A DNA stretch of 64,000 nucleotides, from assembly GCA_963783655.1 (NCBI GenBank), contig CAWAOA010000007.1, forward strand, positions 55,229 to 119,228, given 5' to 3'. This document shows, piece after piece, positions 1 to 12,184 of the stretch. Numbering within the stretch: position 1 is the stretch's first letter; the number at the start of each line of letters is the position of its first letter. The DNA comes from an uncultured Chloroflexia bacterium (lineage in GTDB: Bacteria; Chloroflexota; Anaerolineae; CG2-30-64-16). Made by a program: the position numbers and the translations under genes. Below the pieces are notes generated by a model. That model saw only the letters and a program-made list of their open reading frames with translations, was not told the DNA's origin and made no database searches.

Positions 1-1960
1 GATTTTAGTCTGGGCCTGCTTCAGGTCTGAGGCCTTTGCCAACTGAAGGGCGATCTCGTGCAGCTGACCTGTCCACCGGCTGGTATTCAGCGCGGCCACA
101 TCGACATGGGGGGCGTGTTCTTTCATGAGGGGGGTTGCATCCGATTCCGCCGCAGCCAGCCTGGCGTGTTCACGGGAGGCCTGAATGTAGCCGGGCGTGT
201 CCTTACCCGGCAGCAGTCCGAAGCCGTCTCCCCTGTCGTTGACTATCCCATCACCGTTGATGTCCCCGTAGTTGCTCCCGTTGCGTCCTTCGATCAGGTT
301 GCAGATCCCTTCCGCCACGTTAGTGATCGCGCGCAAATCGCCGGCGCCGGAGGCGATCTGGAGCAACTCGGACTGCCGCTGCAGGATCTGTGCCTGCCCG
401 ATCAGTCCGATGGCGAATCCGCCAAGCCCGTTGCCTTCGCTTCCGGGCACGAGGACATGACGGAGGTGAGCCAACGACTTAGGCGGCAACTGCCCCGCGC
501 GGCGACCTGATCGCTCGGCAGCGAATTGGCCGGCCGATTCGCCGGCTCGATCGTGATCTCGGCGCTGTCGAAGGTTCCCAGGAGGTTTGCGGTTGCGGGA
601 TCGTTATAGGTCAACTGTAGCTCCCCGTCGCGCGGCTGGAAGGCTCCCGCATTCCGCCGATTCTCGTCCCCCCGCACCAGCCACAGGTTATACTCTGTAC
701 CGGGCGCCACCTGGGGTTTCTCTCCTCCCGAAGCCAGCAGGATCACCTGGTCCATCTTGCCCGGACCGCTGGCGTCGCGGAAGCCGATCCGTACCGGAGA
801 GGCGCCAGTCGATCCGGCCGGCGCAGCGCTCAGCCGTGATAGCAGCCCGGGAACAACGGCAAGCCCGCCAAGCGCCAGCACCACCACCAGCGCTCCGATC
901 GCCAATAGTCGCCGCTGCCCACCGAGTATCGGGGTTCTTCCGCCGGGTACGGCAACATCCTGCTGCGCTGGGGCACCCGCCTGGTCATACCGTGTTGCTC
1001 CGTCCTGTGGCCCGGCGATCGCACGACCCGGGAGATCTGCGCTGCCACTACTTGCCGGCGGAAGGCGCTGGCCGTTGTTGACGAGCGTGGGTGCACTCAA
1101 TGCACCCTGGTGCCCGAGATGATGTGGTCTGGCGGCGCCGATGGCCGCGGCGAACGCAAGCGCGAACTCGCCCGCCGTGGCATACCGTTCAGACGGATCT
1201 TTCGCCAGCGCGCGACAAATACCGCCTCGATACCCTCAGGCAAGTCGGGCGCGAACTGGCGTATGGGCGGTGGCGGCTCCGAAATATGCTTCAAGAGCAC
1301 CGCGGTCGGCGACTCAGCGTCGAAGGGGGCTCGACCGGCCAGCACCTCATACATCACGATTGCCAGCGAGTAAATATCGCTGCGGGCATCGATCGGCTTG
1401 CCGGATGCCTGCTCAGGCGACATGTAGATTGGCGTCCCGATGATGCTGCCGGTGTTGGAGAGCCGGTTGAGCTCGTTGAGCAGCTTGGCGATGCCGAAGT
1501 CGGTTAGGACCGGTTCGCCCTGGGCGGTGAAGAGTATATTGCCGGGCTTGATATCGCGGTGCACCGCTCCGCGGGCGTGGGCGTAGTCGAGGGCAGAGGC
1601 GATGCTTTCCAACAGCCCCAGCGCCTCGTCGGGCGGCATCGTTTTGCCGGCGTCGTGCATCGCGTCCAGCTTCTGCTTCAGTGACCCGCCCTCGAGGTAT
1701 TCCATAACCATGAACGGCTGGTCGTTCGCCACATCGAAATCGTGCAGCTGGACGATGTGGGGATGGCGCAGAGATGCCACAAGCCGCGCCTCTCTCCTGA
1801 ATCGCTCGCCCAGGCTTGGATCTAGCGCAAGGTAGGCGTGAATGACCTTGATCGCCACCTGCCGGTCGAGCTCAGGATGATGGGCAAGAAATACCGCGGC
1901 CATACCGCCGTAGCCAAGCGGCTTTGAGACGGTATATTTGCCGTACGACTCTGCCATCAT
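1..1960 (-). CDS. Ser/Thr protein kinase with one TM segment and an RskA-like extracytoplasmic domain. The 3' end runs off the window and there are internal frame changes.
   Basis: ORF 1097..1960 carries Hanks kinase motifs: GYGGMAAVF, VAIK, HRDIKPGNIL, DFGIAK, GTPIYMSPE. After a frame change near 1200 the reading continues in ORF 402..1100, with TM LLAIGALVVVLALGGLAVV followed by YNLWLVRGD...AEITIEPANRP (anti-sigma-K RskA C-terminal type). After another change near 505, my own translation shows a third minus frame open to base 1 (...GRNGSNYGDINGDGIVNDRGDGFG...). Confidence 0.8.
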
Positions 1961-2082
1961 CGGTTCACATCCTCACTCATCAAGGGCTGCCAAACGCCTA
2001 TCTGCGGCGCGACTGATGATGGCAGCCGCTGGGGCGCAAATCTGCCGCCCTCTCTCCGCCGGCCATCGCCACCGCCGGCCGT

Positions 2083-3784
2083 CTACTTCTTGCCTGCCGA
2101 GCGAGTGAGCTCCAGCTTGAGCCGCATTTTTACGTCGGAGTCGACAAAGAGTGCGCCATGCTGTTGGCGGACGGGGTGGATTTCGGAGCCTTCAAGGACG
2201 GCGCTGTGTTCCGGTATCGTACCGTCTCCGCCCGGTTCCATGATTGTCTCGGATCTGGAAAATGCGCCGGCCGGTATCGCGGCGCAGCGCCAGCCCGGTG
2301 ATCGTCTTGTGCCCGTAGCCGAAGATCGAGATGGCCGGTACGCTCGAGCGCGTGCCAAGTTCGCGGCGGAACTCGCGGGCTGCTTTGAGAAGGGGGCGCT
2401 GTGCGTCGGAGAGCCACGATTCGTCCGAAGTCAGGTCGAAGACCGAACCGCGCTCGTCACGAGCGCAAGGGTAGGTCGGCAGGATCTGATACGGAGGACG
2501 GCCACGAAGATGCCAAATCTCGCACTCGATCGCCAAGGAGTCCCAGGAGCAGCCCGGCCGGGCCCTGGAATACATGCGTGAGCGCCTTCGGCACTCCGCT
2601 ATGCGGTCCTCCGAGCAAGATGATGCGTGCCACCTTGCGCCGCCCGCCCAGGCATTCCACGTAGTAGCGGCTCACGAGGCACCCCAGGCTGTGAGCAATG
2701 ATCGTGATAGGCGGCGGAATTGGCGATTCGTCGATCGTCTTGGCGAGTCGCTTCGCCGACTCGCGCACATCCATCCGCCAGTCGTACGGGAACTCCATCA
2801 GGTCGCGGCCGCGAGCGTAGCCGAGACCCTCCTCGAGGTAGTCGGCCAGGCGGCTGTACTGCTCGAACTCGATGAGGTTAGGCACGACGACCACTTCCCG
2901 GAGAATGCTTCGTGGCTCCAGGGGGACCGCACCGGGGCGCGAAGCAGCTCACCGTGGGTCAACAGGTAACGAACGTTCGGCCAGACTCGCTCGTTGCCGA
3001 GCCACAATTCGGACCCGAGCATTCCGGGGACGAACACCACGGAACGGCGGGGCTGGCGGGCGGAAAGGCGTGGTTCACCGGCAATGGTCAGATCGACCGG
3101 CCGGAAGCCCGGCTTGAAGACCATCTGGGCGGGTCCGATCCGGATGGTATCGGCCGGCTCGAGCAGCCGTTCCTCGATGCGCTCGCCGCCTGCCCACGTC
3201 CCATTCGTGCTGCTCAGATCACGCACCACGAACCGTGCGCCGCGACGTTCGATCCGGGCGTGGCGTCGCGAAACGCCGGGATGGTCGAGTACGACCTCCG
3301 CTAGCGGATCGCGACCGATGGTGATCCCGTCGCCCGCGAGCGATACGTCCCAGCTCCGGCCCTGTGAGTAGATTGTGAGACGTGGCTCGTGAGTGCCCGA
3401 GAGCGTCATCGACACGGCCTGCCGGGCAAGGGTCATCTCAAGATCGGCTTCGGTGTTGATCAGGGTAACCGCCGGGGTCCCCTGGCTCTCGTCGGCGACG
3501 AAACGGAGCACGGCATCGCCGAGCGTGACGACGTCACCCGGGGCGAGGGTCGCCTTGTCCACACGGATCCCGTTGACTGTGGTGCCATTGGCGGAAGCGA
3601 GATCGACGAGGGTACACACACCACCGCGTGTATCGAAACGGGCGTGCTCCCTCGACACCTTCGGGTCGTCGAGCACAATGTCGTTGGTCGCGCCGTGACC
3701 CACGCTCACGACTGCGTCGCGGAGCACGTATTCCTGGGTTTGTTGGTCGGTTCTCAGCAGCACGAGTCTGCCAACCGGCTGCAT
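2083..3784 (-). CDS. FHA-FHA-alpha/beta-hydrolase (LCAT/PGAP1-like lipase) fusion protein, with frame changes
   Basis: ORF 2798..3784 has two FHA domains (VSVGHGATNDIVLDDPKVSREHARF...NGTTVNG and ITIGRDPLAEVVLDHPGVSRRHARI...NGTWAGG). It runs without a stop into VVFVPGMLGSELW. The protein continues in ORFs 2457..2894 (FPYDWR, IIAHSLGC = GxSxG, GGPHSG), 2192..2575 and 2083..2358 (GDGTIPEHS, QQHGAL), giving a lipase Ser/Asp/His set. Confidence 0.7.
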
Positions 3785-4023
3785 ACGGTTCCTCCCTTTG
3801 CGGCGACGAGGAAGTCGCGCTGCGTGTCGGCGAAACTTACCCGTAAACGTGCTGAATGGTGGCGAACACCATCCATCGCCGGACAGGGACCGGCGATTGT
3901 TGTCCGTATGTTCACACCTAGTATCTAACTCGTATGGATTGCGAACTACATTGTGGAGACAAAGTAGGTCAACGAAGAAGTTTACGAATCAGCGGTGACC
4001 CGGGGTAGGCACCGGGCTGCACG

Positions 4024-4063
4024 AAAATGGGGCTCCGACGACGAATGGATTCGTGGGGGCCCC
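4024..4063 (-). terminator. Imperfect GC-rich hairpin followed by a T-run on the minus strand, just downstream of the hydrolase stop
   Basis: Plus strand reads aaaa-tggggctccgacgacgaatggattcgtgggggcccc. The arms ggggc..acgaat and attcgt..gcccc pair with bulges, and the aaaa becomes TTTT after the stem on the minus strand. Confidence 0.45.
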
Positions 4064-4091
4064 GGTGGAATTCCGCGCAGTTGGCTACGGG

Positions 4092-5431
4092 CTATTGCGC
4101 CGCTTTCACGTGGCGGTCAAAGAAGGCGACGGTGCGCTGCATGGCGAGGGCGAAGTCCGCTGGAATCAGATTGATGTTGTGGTTCTCATTCGGGTAAGTG
4201 AACAGTTCGATCTTCTGCCCGGCTGCGGCGGCCTGACGCACCAGCGATTGCGATGCCGCCACGGGAACGACGTCGTCGTTGGCAGCATGGTGCAGCTCGA
4301 TCGGGCCCGACAGTTCGGCCAGGTAGCTGTTGGGTGACATGGCAGCCCAAAACTCAGGGTTTCCCTCCGGCGTACCGAACCTGTCGATCAACTGCCGCCG
4401 CCACGGATGGAGGGCAAAAACGGCAGGGCCCGAGCCACGCGCATGGATATCCGGATAAGGCCCGACGCTCCCGCCCCAGATGACTCCGGCCTTGATATCG
4501 CGTGAAACCACCATCGTGCGCAGCGTGAGCTGGCCACCCATAGAGTGTCCCCACATCCCGAGCCGGTTGGGGTCCGCCTCCGGATGCCGCTTGACCGACG
4601 CGACGGCATTGAGCACGTCTGTGGTATACGCCGGTGAAGTGTACGCGTTGATCGGTGTGCCTTCCGAACTGCCGTGGCCCCGATAGTCGGTCTTGAAGAC
4701 GATGTATCCATTGCGCGCGAACGTGTCGATGTAGTAGATGTAGCGCTCTGTGGTGCGATGGAGTGAGGGCTCGATGGTGCCGTGATTCAGAAAGATGACG
4801 GGCCACCCGCCCGCGGGTTTCGGCCCTGCCGGGATCGTCATGAGCGCGTAGATCTTGAGTCCGTCCGAACGGTACGAGACCACGTAGCGGCGGTAGTTGC
4901 TGCCCGGCTGAAGTGTCTGCTCGACGATGATCTCGCTGCCCGGGTATTCTTGCTGTCGCATCTGCTCGATCTGCAGCGGATGTGACTCAAACCTGGGCGC
5001 CGCTTGTAGCCGCCGGCGGTTTGGGTGTAGCGGTGGCGGCCGGCAGGTGGGGCGTAGCGGTAGCGGCCGGCAGCTGGGCTGTGGCAGTGGACGCAGGCGG
5101 TACCGGTGTAGCGGCAGCGGCCGGGGGAACCGGAAACGTCGCGAACGGGCGCGGACGTCGAAACCGGCGACGCGGCCGGCGATGCGGCTGCCGGCAGCGC
5201 AGCGTGGACTGTCTGCGACCTGGAGTCTGCCGCGACGGCAGCAGCCATGGCCGTGGCCGGCAATAAGGTTGGGGTGCTCGGTTCCGGCGTGCCCGCTTTC
5301 GCCGTGTCTCCGGCTGTCGACAGGCCGATGCCCGCAATCCCACGCGCTACGCCCGCCTGTGCGGGCACGGAATCCGGGCCACAGCCCGAGATCAAGACCG
5401 TCAAGACCAGAACAAGCAAGCAGGTGCGCAT
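4092..5431 (-). CDS. Lipoprotein alpha/beta hydrolase (S9 prolyl-oligopeptidase/dienelactone-hydrolase type) with a Pro/Ala/Thr-rich linker
   Basis: ORF 4092..5435 C-terminal part: YALMTIP...GWPVIFLNHG, DYRGHGSSEG, nucleophile elbow GMWGHSMGG, HHAANDDVVP, NENHNI. The N-terminus lies in another frame (ORF 4838..5524, internal MRTCLLVLVLTVLISGC = lipobox signal). The linker lies in a third frame (ORF 4987..5343). Confidence 0.7.
5027..5134. repeat. About four copies of a 27-bp tandem repeat encoding 9-aa PAATATPxx units
   Basis: Consecutive units gtagcggtggcggccggcaggtggggc, gtagcggtagcggccggcagctgggct, gtggcagtggacgcaggcggtaccggt and gtagcggcagcggccgggggaaccgga. The minus-frame translation is PAAAATPVP PASTATAQL PAATATPHL PAATATPKP. 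Confidence 0.7.
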
Positions 5432-5755
5432 CCATGTTAACCGCACTCGCGTCCTCCCGAGTGATTTGCTACCGGCTGATATCTCGTCGATTGCGATGAC
5501 CGGTCCCACCGGGGCGTTACACATTCGACAGCGCTACGGTGGCATTCATGCCGGGCGAGTTGCCCGCTGGCAGTTTGGGGCAACAAGCGGCGCCACCGGC
5601 CGGCAGTGCCGGAGTATACCGCGAATCGGCCCCGAGCGGCTAATTGGCGTGGCTCCGCGACATAACGATTCGTCCTGCCCGGTCGATGAAGCTGTGGCCG
5701 CCCAATTGGAGCTCGCGGCGGCAGTGCAGGCGCGGCCAGACAGCTGGCACACAGC

Positions 5756-5785
5756 AAAAGCGGCAGCCGTTTCGAAGGCCGCCGC
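5756..5785 (-). terminator. Rho-independent-type terminator after the VWA gene
   Basis: Plus strand reads aaaa gcggcagcc gtttcgaa ggccgccgc. The stem is 9 bp with one mismatch, and TTTT follows it on the minus strand. It lies about 40 bp past the stop at 5822. Confidence 0.5.
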
Positions 5786-5821
5786 TTGCCGCAGGTGAGG
5801 CGAGAGCACGCATCCGGGCCG

Positions 5822-6823
5822 CTACAGTAACCGGTTGAACCAGAGAATCGAGAGTCCGGTCGCGACCACCGACAGCGCCAGGGCGGCAGCCGTGAACAGG
5901 GCCGTGATCTCAGTAAGCTGGGTCCGGAGCACGAATTCCTTGCGCAGGTTATCGTAGATCGACTGCAGGTCCTTCCCCGAGGAAGCGTTGAAGTACTTCC
6001 CTTCGGTGGCCTCAGCGATCGCCTTCAGCGTGTCCTCGTCAAGGCGCACGCGCATCGAGCGCCCCCGATTCTGCAGCACCGCCCCTCGGCGCTGCCCAGC
6101 CCGATCGTGTAAACGCGAATACCCGTTGTCCGCGACCTGCTGCATCACCTCCAGCGGAGCGGGGCCCGCGTTGTTCTCTCCGTCGGTCAGCAGCGACGAT
6201 CACCGCCTGGCCGTTGCTGCCCGCCGGAACCTGGATCGGCTGGGGTCTGACCTGGCCCTGCGCATCCCCTTTGGTCAGGGTTTTCGTTGATGGCTTCCAG
6301 CGAGGTCAGCAGGGCCGAGCCGATGGCCGTGCCGCGCTGCGGCAGGCAGCCGGTTGATCGCGGCGATGACCGCCTCCTTGTCGGTGGTCGGGGACCTGCA
6401 CCAGGAAGGCGTTGTCGCTGAAGCGCGACGACGCCGATCTTGACGCCCACCGGCTGTCTCTCGACGAAGGCACGCGCCGCCTCTTTGGCCGCCTCCAGGC
6501 GGTTGGGCTTCATGTCGTCGGCGCGCATGCTGCCCGACACATCCATGGTCAGGATGACGTTGCCTTCCTGCGCCGGCAGTGTCACGACTGCGGATCGGGC
6601 CGCGCGAGCGCGACCAGCATGACGGCCAAGGCTAGCGAGGAAGAGCGCCGGCGGCACGTGCCGGCGCCAGCCCGGTCCCTGTCCCAGCGCCTCCTTGACC
6701 AGCGAAAGGCTGGCATAGCGCAGGGCGTAGCGCTGCCGTCGGCGCTGCAGCAGGATGTAGGCCGACCACCAGCACGGGCAACAGCAGTAATGCCCAGAGC
6801 ATCTGGGGCCAGGTGAATTCCAT
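5822..6823 (-). CDS. VWA-domain membrane protein (BatA-like), with frame changes
   Basis: The start MEFTWPQMLWALLLLPVLVVG is the tail of ORF 6632..7186 (ATG at 6823). The MIDAS motif is in ILTMDVSGSMRADDMKPNRLEAAKEAARAFV (ORF 6187..6657). The C-terminus is GKYFNASSGKDLQSIYDNL plus TM ITALFTAAALALSVVATGLSILWF (ORF 5822..6148). Confidence 0.7.
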
Positions 6824-6833
6824 ACGTCGCCTC

Positions 6834-7766
6834 ACGATCGTTGCCTCATGCAGCTCTACGTGCGACGGTGCAGGCGCTGGCGACGCTGCTTTCTCTGCTT
6901 GCGCCGTCCGGCGAACTGCGACGATCGCGCGCACCAGGTCATCCTCGGTCGAGAGGGACAGAACATCCACGCCGGCATGCCGAAAGGCGGCGTCCAGCGC
7001 CGCCTCGCGGCGCGCCGCAGCCTCGTGGAAGCGCTGGCGGAAGCGCCGGTCGTGCGTGTCGACCCAGAGCTGCTCGCCGGTCTCGGCATCCTGCATCAGC
7101 ACCAGACCGATGTCGGGCAGGTCGACTTCGCGCGGGTCCCACAGCCGCACCGCCAGCACCTCGTGGCGCCGGTTCAGCACGCCCAAGGGCGCTCCCAGCC
7201 GGGAGCGCTGATGAAATCGGAGACGACGAACACCAGCGAGCGCCGGCGGATGATGCTGCAGGGCCGTGCTCGAGCAGGATGCCCAGGTCGGTGAACGGCG
7301 CAGGCCGGCAGGTCGCGGCTGCTCGATGCAGATCGTTGATCAGCCGCAGCACGTGCAGGCGCCCGTGCCGGGCGGGATGCACGCGCTCGACCTGGCTGTC
7401 GTAGAGGATCGCGCCCGACGCGGTTGCCGTGCCGGGTCAGCAGCCGCGCCAGGACCGCCACGAAGTCGATCAGGCGCGTCGCGCTTCAGGCTGTTGACCG
7501 GTGCCGAAATCGACCGACGGGCTGAGATCGAGCAGGAACCAGGCCGTGATCTCGCGGTCCTCGTGATACTGGCGGACGTAGGGCGTGTCCATCCGCGCGG
7601 TGACGTTCCAGTCGATGTAGCGGATGTCGTCGCCCGGCTGGTACTCGCGCAGGTCGGCCAGGTCCAGGCCGTAGCCGTAGAACAGGCTGCGGTAATCGCC
7701 CTGCAGGATGCCGTCCAGCCGGCGGATGACCTGCCAGTCCAGCCGCTGCAGGATGCGCTCCGGCAT
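6834..7766 (-). CDS. DUF58 family protein, with frame changes
   Basis: LREYQPGDDIRYIDWNVTARMDTPYVRQYHEDREITAWFLLDLSPS (ORF 7470..7952) and HEVLAVRLWDPREVDLPDIGLVLMQDAETGEQLWVDT (ORF 6632..7186) are the typical DUF58 core. The gene sits between MoxR and the VWA gene. Confidence 0.7.
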
Positions 7767-7771
7767 CGGCG

Positions 7772-8798
<1,027 letters not shown>

Positions 8799-8812
8799 GT
8801 GCACCTCTACAT

Positions 8813-9802
8813 CTAGAATGGCGGCGGATCCGCCGGCTGCCGCCGCCACGTCGATCGGCACCGCAAAACCGATGCCGATGAAGAACTTTCTGGTCGGTAG
8901 GGTTGGCCAGCGCCGTCACGATGCCGACGACCTCGCCGTTTCGGTTCAGCAGCGGTCCACCCGAATTGCCGGGGTTCACCGCCGCATCGAACTGGATCAG
9001 CCCTTCGAGCACATCGCCCGCCTCGGAGGTCCGGAAGTTGCGGTTCAGCCCCGAGACCACGCCGGACGTGACCGTGTCTCGCAGGCCGAAGGGGTGCCCG
9101 ACGGCAACGATCTCGTCGCCGACTCGGAGCGCTGCCGGACTCCCCAGGGTGGCGGGAATCACCAGCGCCGGAGTCTGTGAGACGCGGAGCAGCGCAATAT
9201 CCTTATCCGGCAGAGACTCGGCGATTTCGGCGTGCGATACAGTGCCGTCGAAGAACACAACCTCGATCTTGTCCGCGTCCTTCGACCACGTGCAGACTGG
9301 TCAGGATCGCACCGCCGGCGTCAAGGATGACTCCCGTCCCGAGAGCCTGACCCACCTCACCCTCGCGCGTCTCATCTGTACGGACGAGCACGAGTGAAGG
9401 CTGGACCGCCGCGTATACTCGCGCGGCGATGCTGGGCGGTGGCGTGGCCGATGCCATCACCTGTGCGGCCAGGGCCTTGATTTCGGTATCGCTCAGACGC
9501 GGCTGAAAAGCCTGCCGCGCGGTATACGCCAATAGAAGTGCGAACGCCAGATAGACCGCCACGGTGAGCATCACGGGCTTACGCCAGCGAACAAGCTTCT
9601 TGCGGGGCGCGGGAGCAGGCGGCTGCGCGGAGGCGGGGCTGGGCCTGGGTGGCCCGCCCGGCATTCCCGGCCTGTCTCTCATCCCTAGCCGCTCACGCGG
9701 CGGGCGGACGGGTGGGACTCGACCGGTCTCAGGTGGCATGGCAGCCGGTTGCGCTTGTGGCTGCGCTTCCTCCCGCTTTTTTCCCAACGGCAGGCGGTGC
9801 AT
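8813..9802 (-). CDS. Membrane-anchored trypsin-like serine protease (S1C/HtrA-like), with frame changes
   Basis: ORF 9203..9802 has TM VMLTVAVYLAFALLLAY followed by GTGVILDAGGAILTSLHVV (His region). ORF 8410..9258 has DIALLRV (Asp) and NPGNSGGPLLNRNGEVVGI (Ser). The tail GFAVPIDVAAAAGG lies in the frame of ORF 8115..8861. I did not recognise a PDZ domain. Confidence 0.7.
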
Positions 9803-9986
9803 TGGCGATTCTCCCTCGCGGCCCGCTACCCTGGGCCCGGCAAAGCAGGTTGGACAGATATAAGAGCATAACTATCATCGTTTTCACCGAAAGTCAACGG
9901 GGTTGGATTCCAGTGTAGGTTTCAGAGCGTTCTTATGCGATGGTTTGGGGAGCCGGTGGTTAGCTCGAAACAGTGGACGGAAACAC

Positions 9987-10021
9987 GAAGCCCCCCAGGA
10001 CTGCAGTACCTGGGGGGCTTC
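9987..10021 (-). terminator. Perfect 13-bp-stem hairpin downstream of the multicopper oxidase
   Basis: gaagccccccagg (9987-9999) and cctggggggcttc (10009-10021) are exact reverse complements separated by a 9-nt loop. Confidence 0.55.
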
Positions 10022-10044
10022 CAACCGATCGATGCGTAGCCGAG

Positions 10045-12184
10045 TGTCAGGGCACAGATGGCTATCGCTCGGCTGGCCCGGCTGCACGGGCCCGATGCGG
10101 TAGGGCCGCATCATCTCGTTATCCTCGTGCTCCACGATGTGGCAGTGCCAGACGAACTGGCCGGGCGTGTTGAACTGCGCCCGGATGCGTGTGACCTGCC
10201 CGGGATAGGCGATCACGGTGTCCTTGAAGCCGAGTCTCCCAGGGCTCGGGCGGATCGCGGGCTCGATCCGGCGCGAGCTGGACCGTCTTGCCGTCCTCGT
10301 TCGACCACAGATCGTCCTGGCGGTTCACGACCTCGAACACCACCTCGTGCACGTGCATCGGGTGCGCGTCCGCGGTGAAGTTGTAGAACTCCCAGATCTC
10401 CGTGTCGCCCACCGCCGGGTTCTCGGTGACGGGGTCCATCCACATCACGTCGGTCGTCAGGCTGCCGCGTCGCCGTCGACTGTACCCAGCATCGCCTCGG
10501 CGGGTCCATCGTCGCCAGTACATGGACATCTCTCCATCAGCGCCAGCGGGCGTGTGACTGTCACCGCCGGGCAGCGGCGCGATCGCCGGCAGCACCAGGA
10601 ACTGCGGCGGCGTGCGTGCGGATCGGCGCCACGGCCGGCACCACCCGGAATTGCATGACCTGCCCGGTCGTGTCCGGGATCGGCCGGATCGAAGTCCTCG
10701 CCGGGCATGCCGCCGCCGAACGGCTCGTCCGGGCCGACGTTGCCCAGGACGTAGTTGCCCACCGGCACGTTGCGTGAAGTCGACGATCAGTCGGCGCGCT
10801 CGGCCAGGCCCATCAGCAGCCGGTTGCCTTGCTGGCCGTCAGGTTGACCGGCGCAGCCAGGAAGCCGCCCTCGTTGCCGATCTGCCAGACTTCCACCCCG
10901 GGATGCTGTTGAAGTCGAGGATCAGGAAGCGCGACTGGCAGCCGTTCAGGAAGCGGAAGCGATAGCGGCGCTGCTCGACGTTCTGGAACGGCCAGGTGTT
11001 GCCGTTCACCATGATGGTGTTGCCGAAGAACTCCGGGTTCCAGATCGGCGAGAGATCGGTGTCCGGGATGATACGGGCCGGCGCTGTCGCCATCGAAGAA
11101 CTCGCGGCTGTCCGGATAGAACAGCGAGCCGTCTGCGTTGAACGAGCGATCCTGAATCGCGATGGGGATTTCGTAGTAGGTCTTGTTCGGCGGGAACGTG
11201 TCGCCCTCTTTCGGCGCGGGTCCGGGCAGCACCGCCGCGGTGCCGGTGCGCGAGTCGAGCACGGCATTCGTCTCCGCCGGTCCGCCGCGGATGATGTAGA
11301 AGCCGGCCGGGCCGGCATACACGTTCAGGCGGGTCATGCCCAGCGCGTGGTCGTGATACCAGATGGTCGAGGCGCGGTTCTGGTTCGGATACTGGAAGGT
11401 CGGCGAATCCCGGGCCCCATGCGACGCCGTAGTTCGTCTCCGCCTTCTCCTTGAAGAAGTTGTACCAGGTGCCCTCGGTCGCGTAGCCGGCCGGGATGTT
11501 CTTCGCCGCGGGGAGATACCACGCCTCGGCGTAGCCGTCGCTCTCGTCGCCTACACCCACGGCGCCATGCACATGCGTCACGATGGGCACCGGGCCGGTG
11601 TACGGGCCCGGCGTTTCGGTGAACATCGGCCGCGTGTCGCGCCCCGTCAGTGCCGCCGGGCGGGTTGGCCCAGTGCAGAGTCGGATCGACCGGCAGCAGG
11701 TGCGGCAGGTAGTTGCCGTGTGCGTCCACGAGTTCGTTGATCCACTTCACCCGCACGGGATTGTTCCATTTGGCCTCGATGGTGAGTGAAGGAGCGTTGT
11801 GAACCAGCAAGCCCTTCTTGCTCGACTGCCTTGACCGCGCCATATCCCCAGACAGTAGTGGGGGCAAGCCCGGCGGCAGGATCTGCTGCTGGAACTGGCG
11901 CATCGAGATCTCGTAGTAGTCGATGGCTTTGCCTCCCATCTGCATGATGGTCCCTGCCGCGAGGCATGACCGGCGGAATCAGCAGCGGCGTCTGGAACTT
12001 CGCGATGTCCGGCGGGTTAAGCGTGAGGTCCGGAAATGGCGGTGTAAATCCGGCCGCGGGCTGCGGATCGGACAAGGGACTGCGGCGCGGCGTACACCGT
12101 GCCACTCTGCGTGCGCACTAACAGGACCGCTGTCGTTGCGCCGGTCATGTACTTGAGGAAGGTACGGCGAGACAATGCGCTCAT
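10045..12184 (-). CDS. Tat-exported multicopper oxidase (CotA/bilirubin-oxidase-like), with many frame changes
   Basis: My own translation from the ATG at 12184 gives MSALSRRTFLKYMTGATTAVLLV (twin-Arg signal). Copper motifs: VTHVHGA (ORF 11006..11626), HPMHVHEVVFEV (ORF 10119..10595), WHCHIVEHEDNEMM (ORF 9884..10216). Intervening pieces lie in ORFs 11647..12105, 11334..11945 and 10813..11337. The exact stop is uncertain. Confidence 0.75.

Noticed and set aside
58-510. Plus-strand ORF of 150 aa at the left edge
   Set aside because: It is antisense to the open minus-strand frame that continues the kinase ectodomain, and it has no recognisable motifs.
3785-4023. Promoter for the FHA-lipase gene in the AT-richer stretch (minus-strand TTGACC ... 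TAGTTC)
   Set aside because: The -10 candidates are poor at any sensible spacing, so there is not enough support to report a feature.
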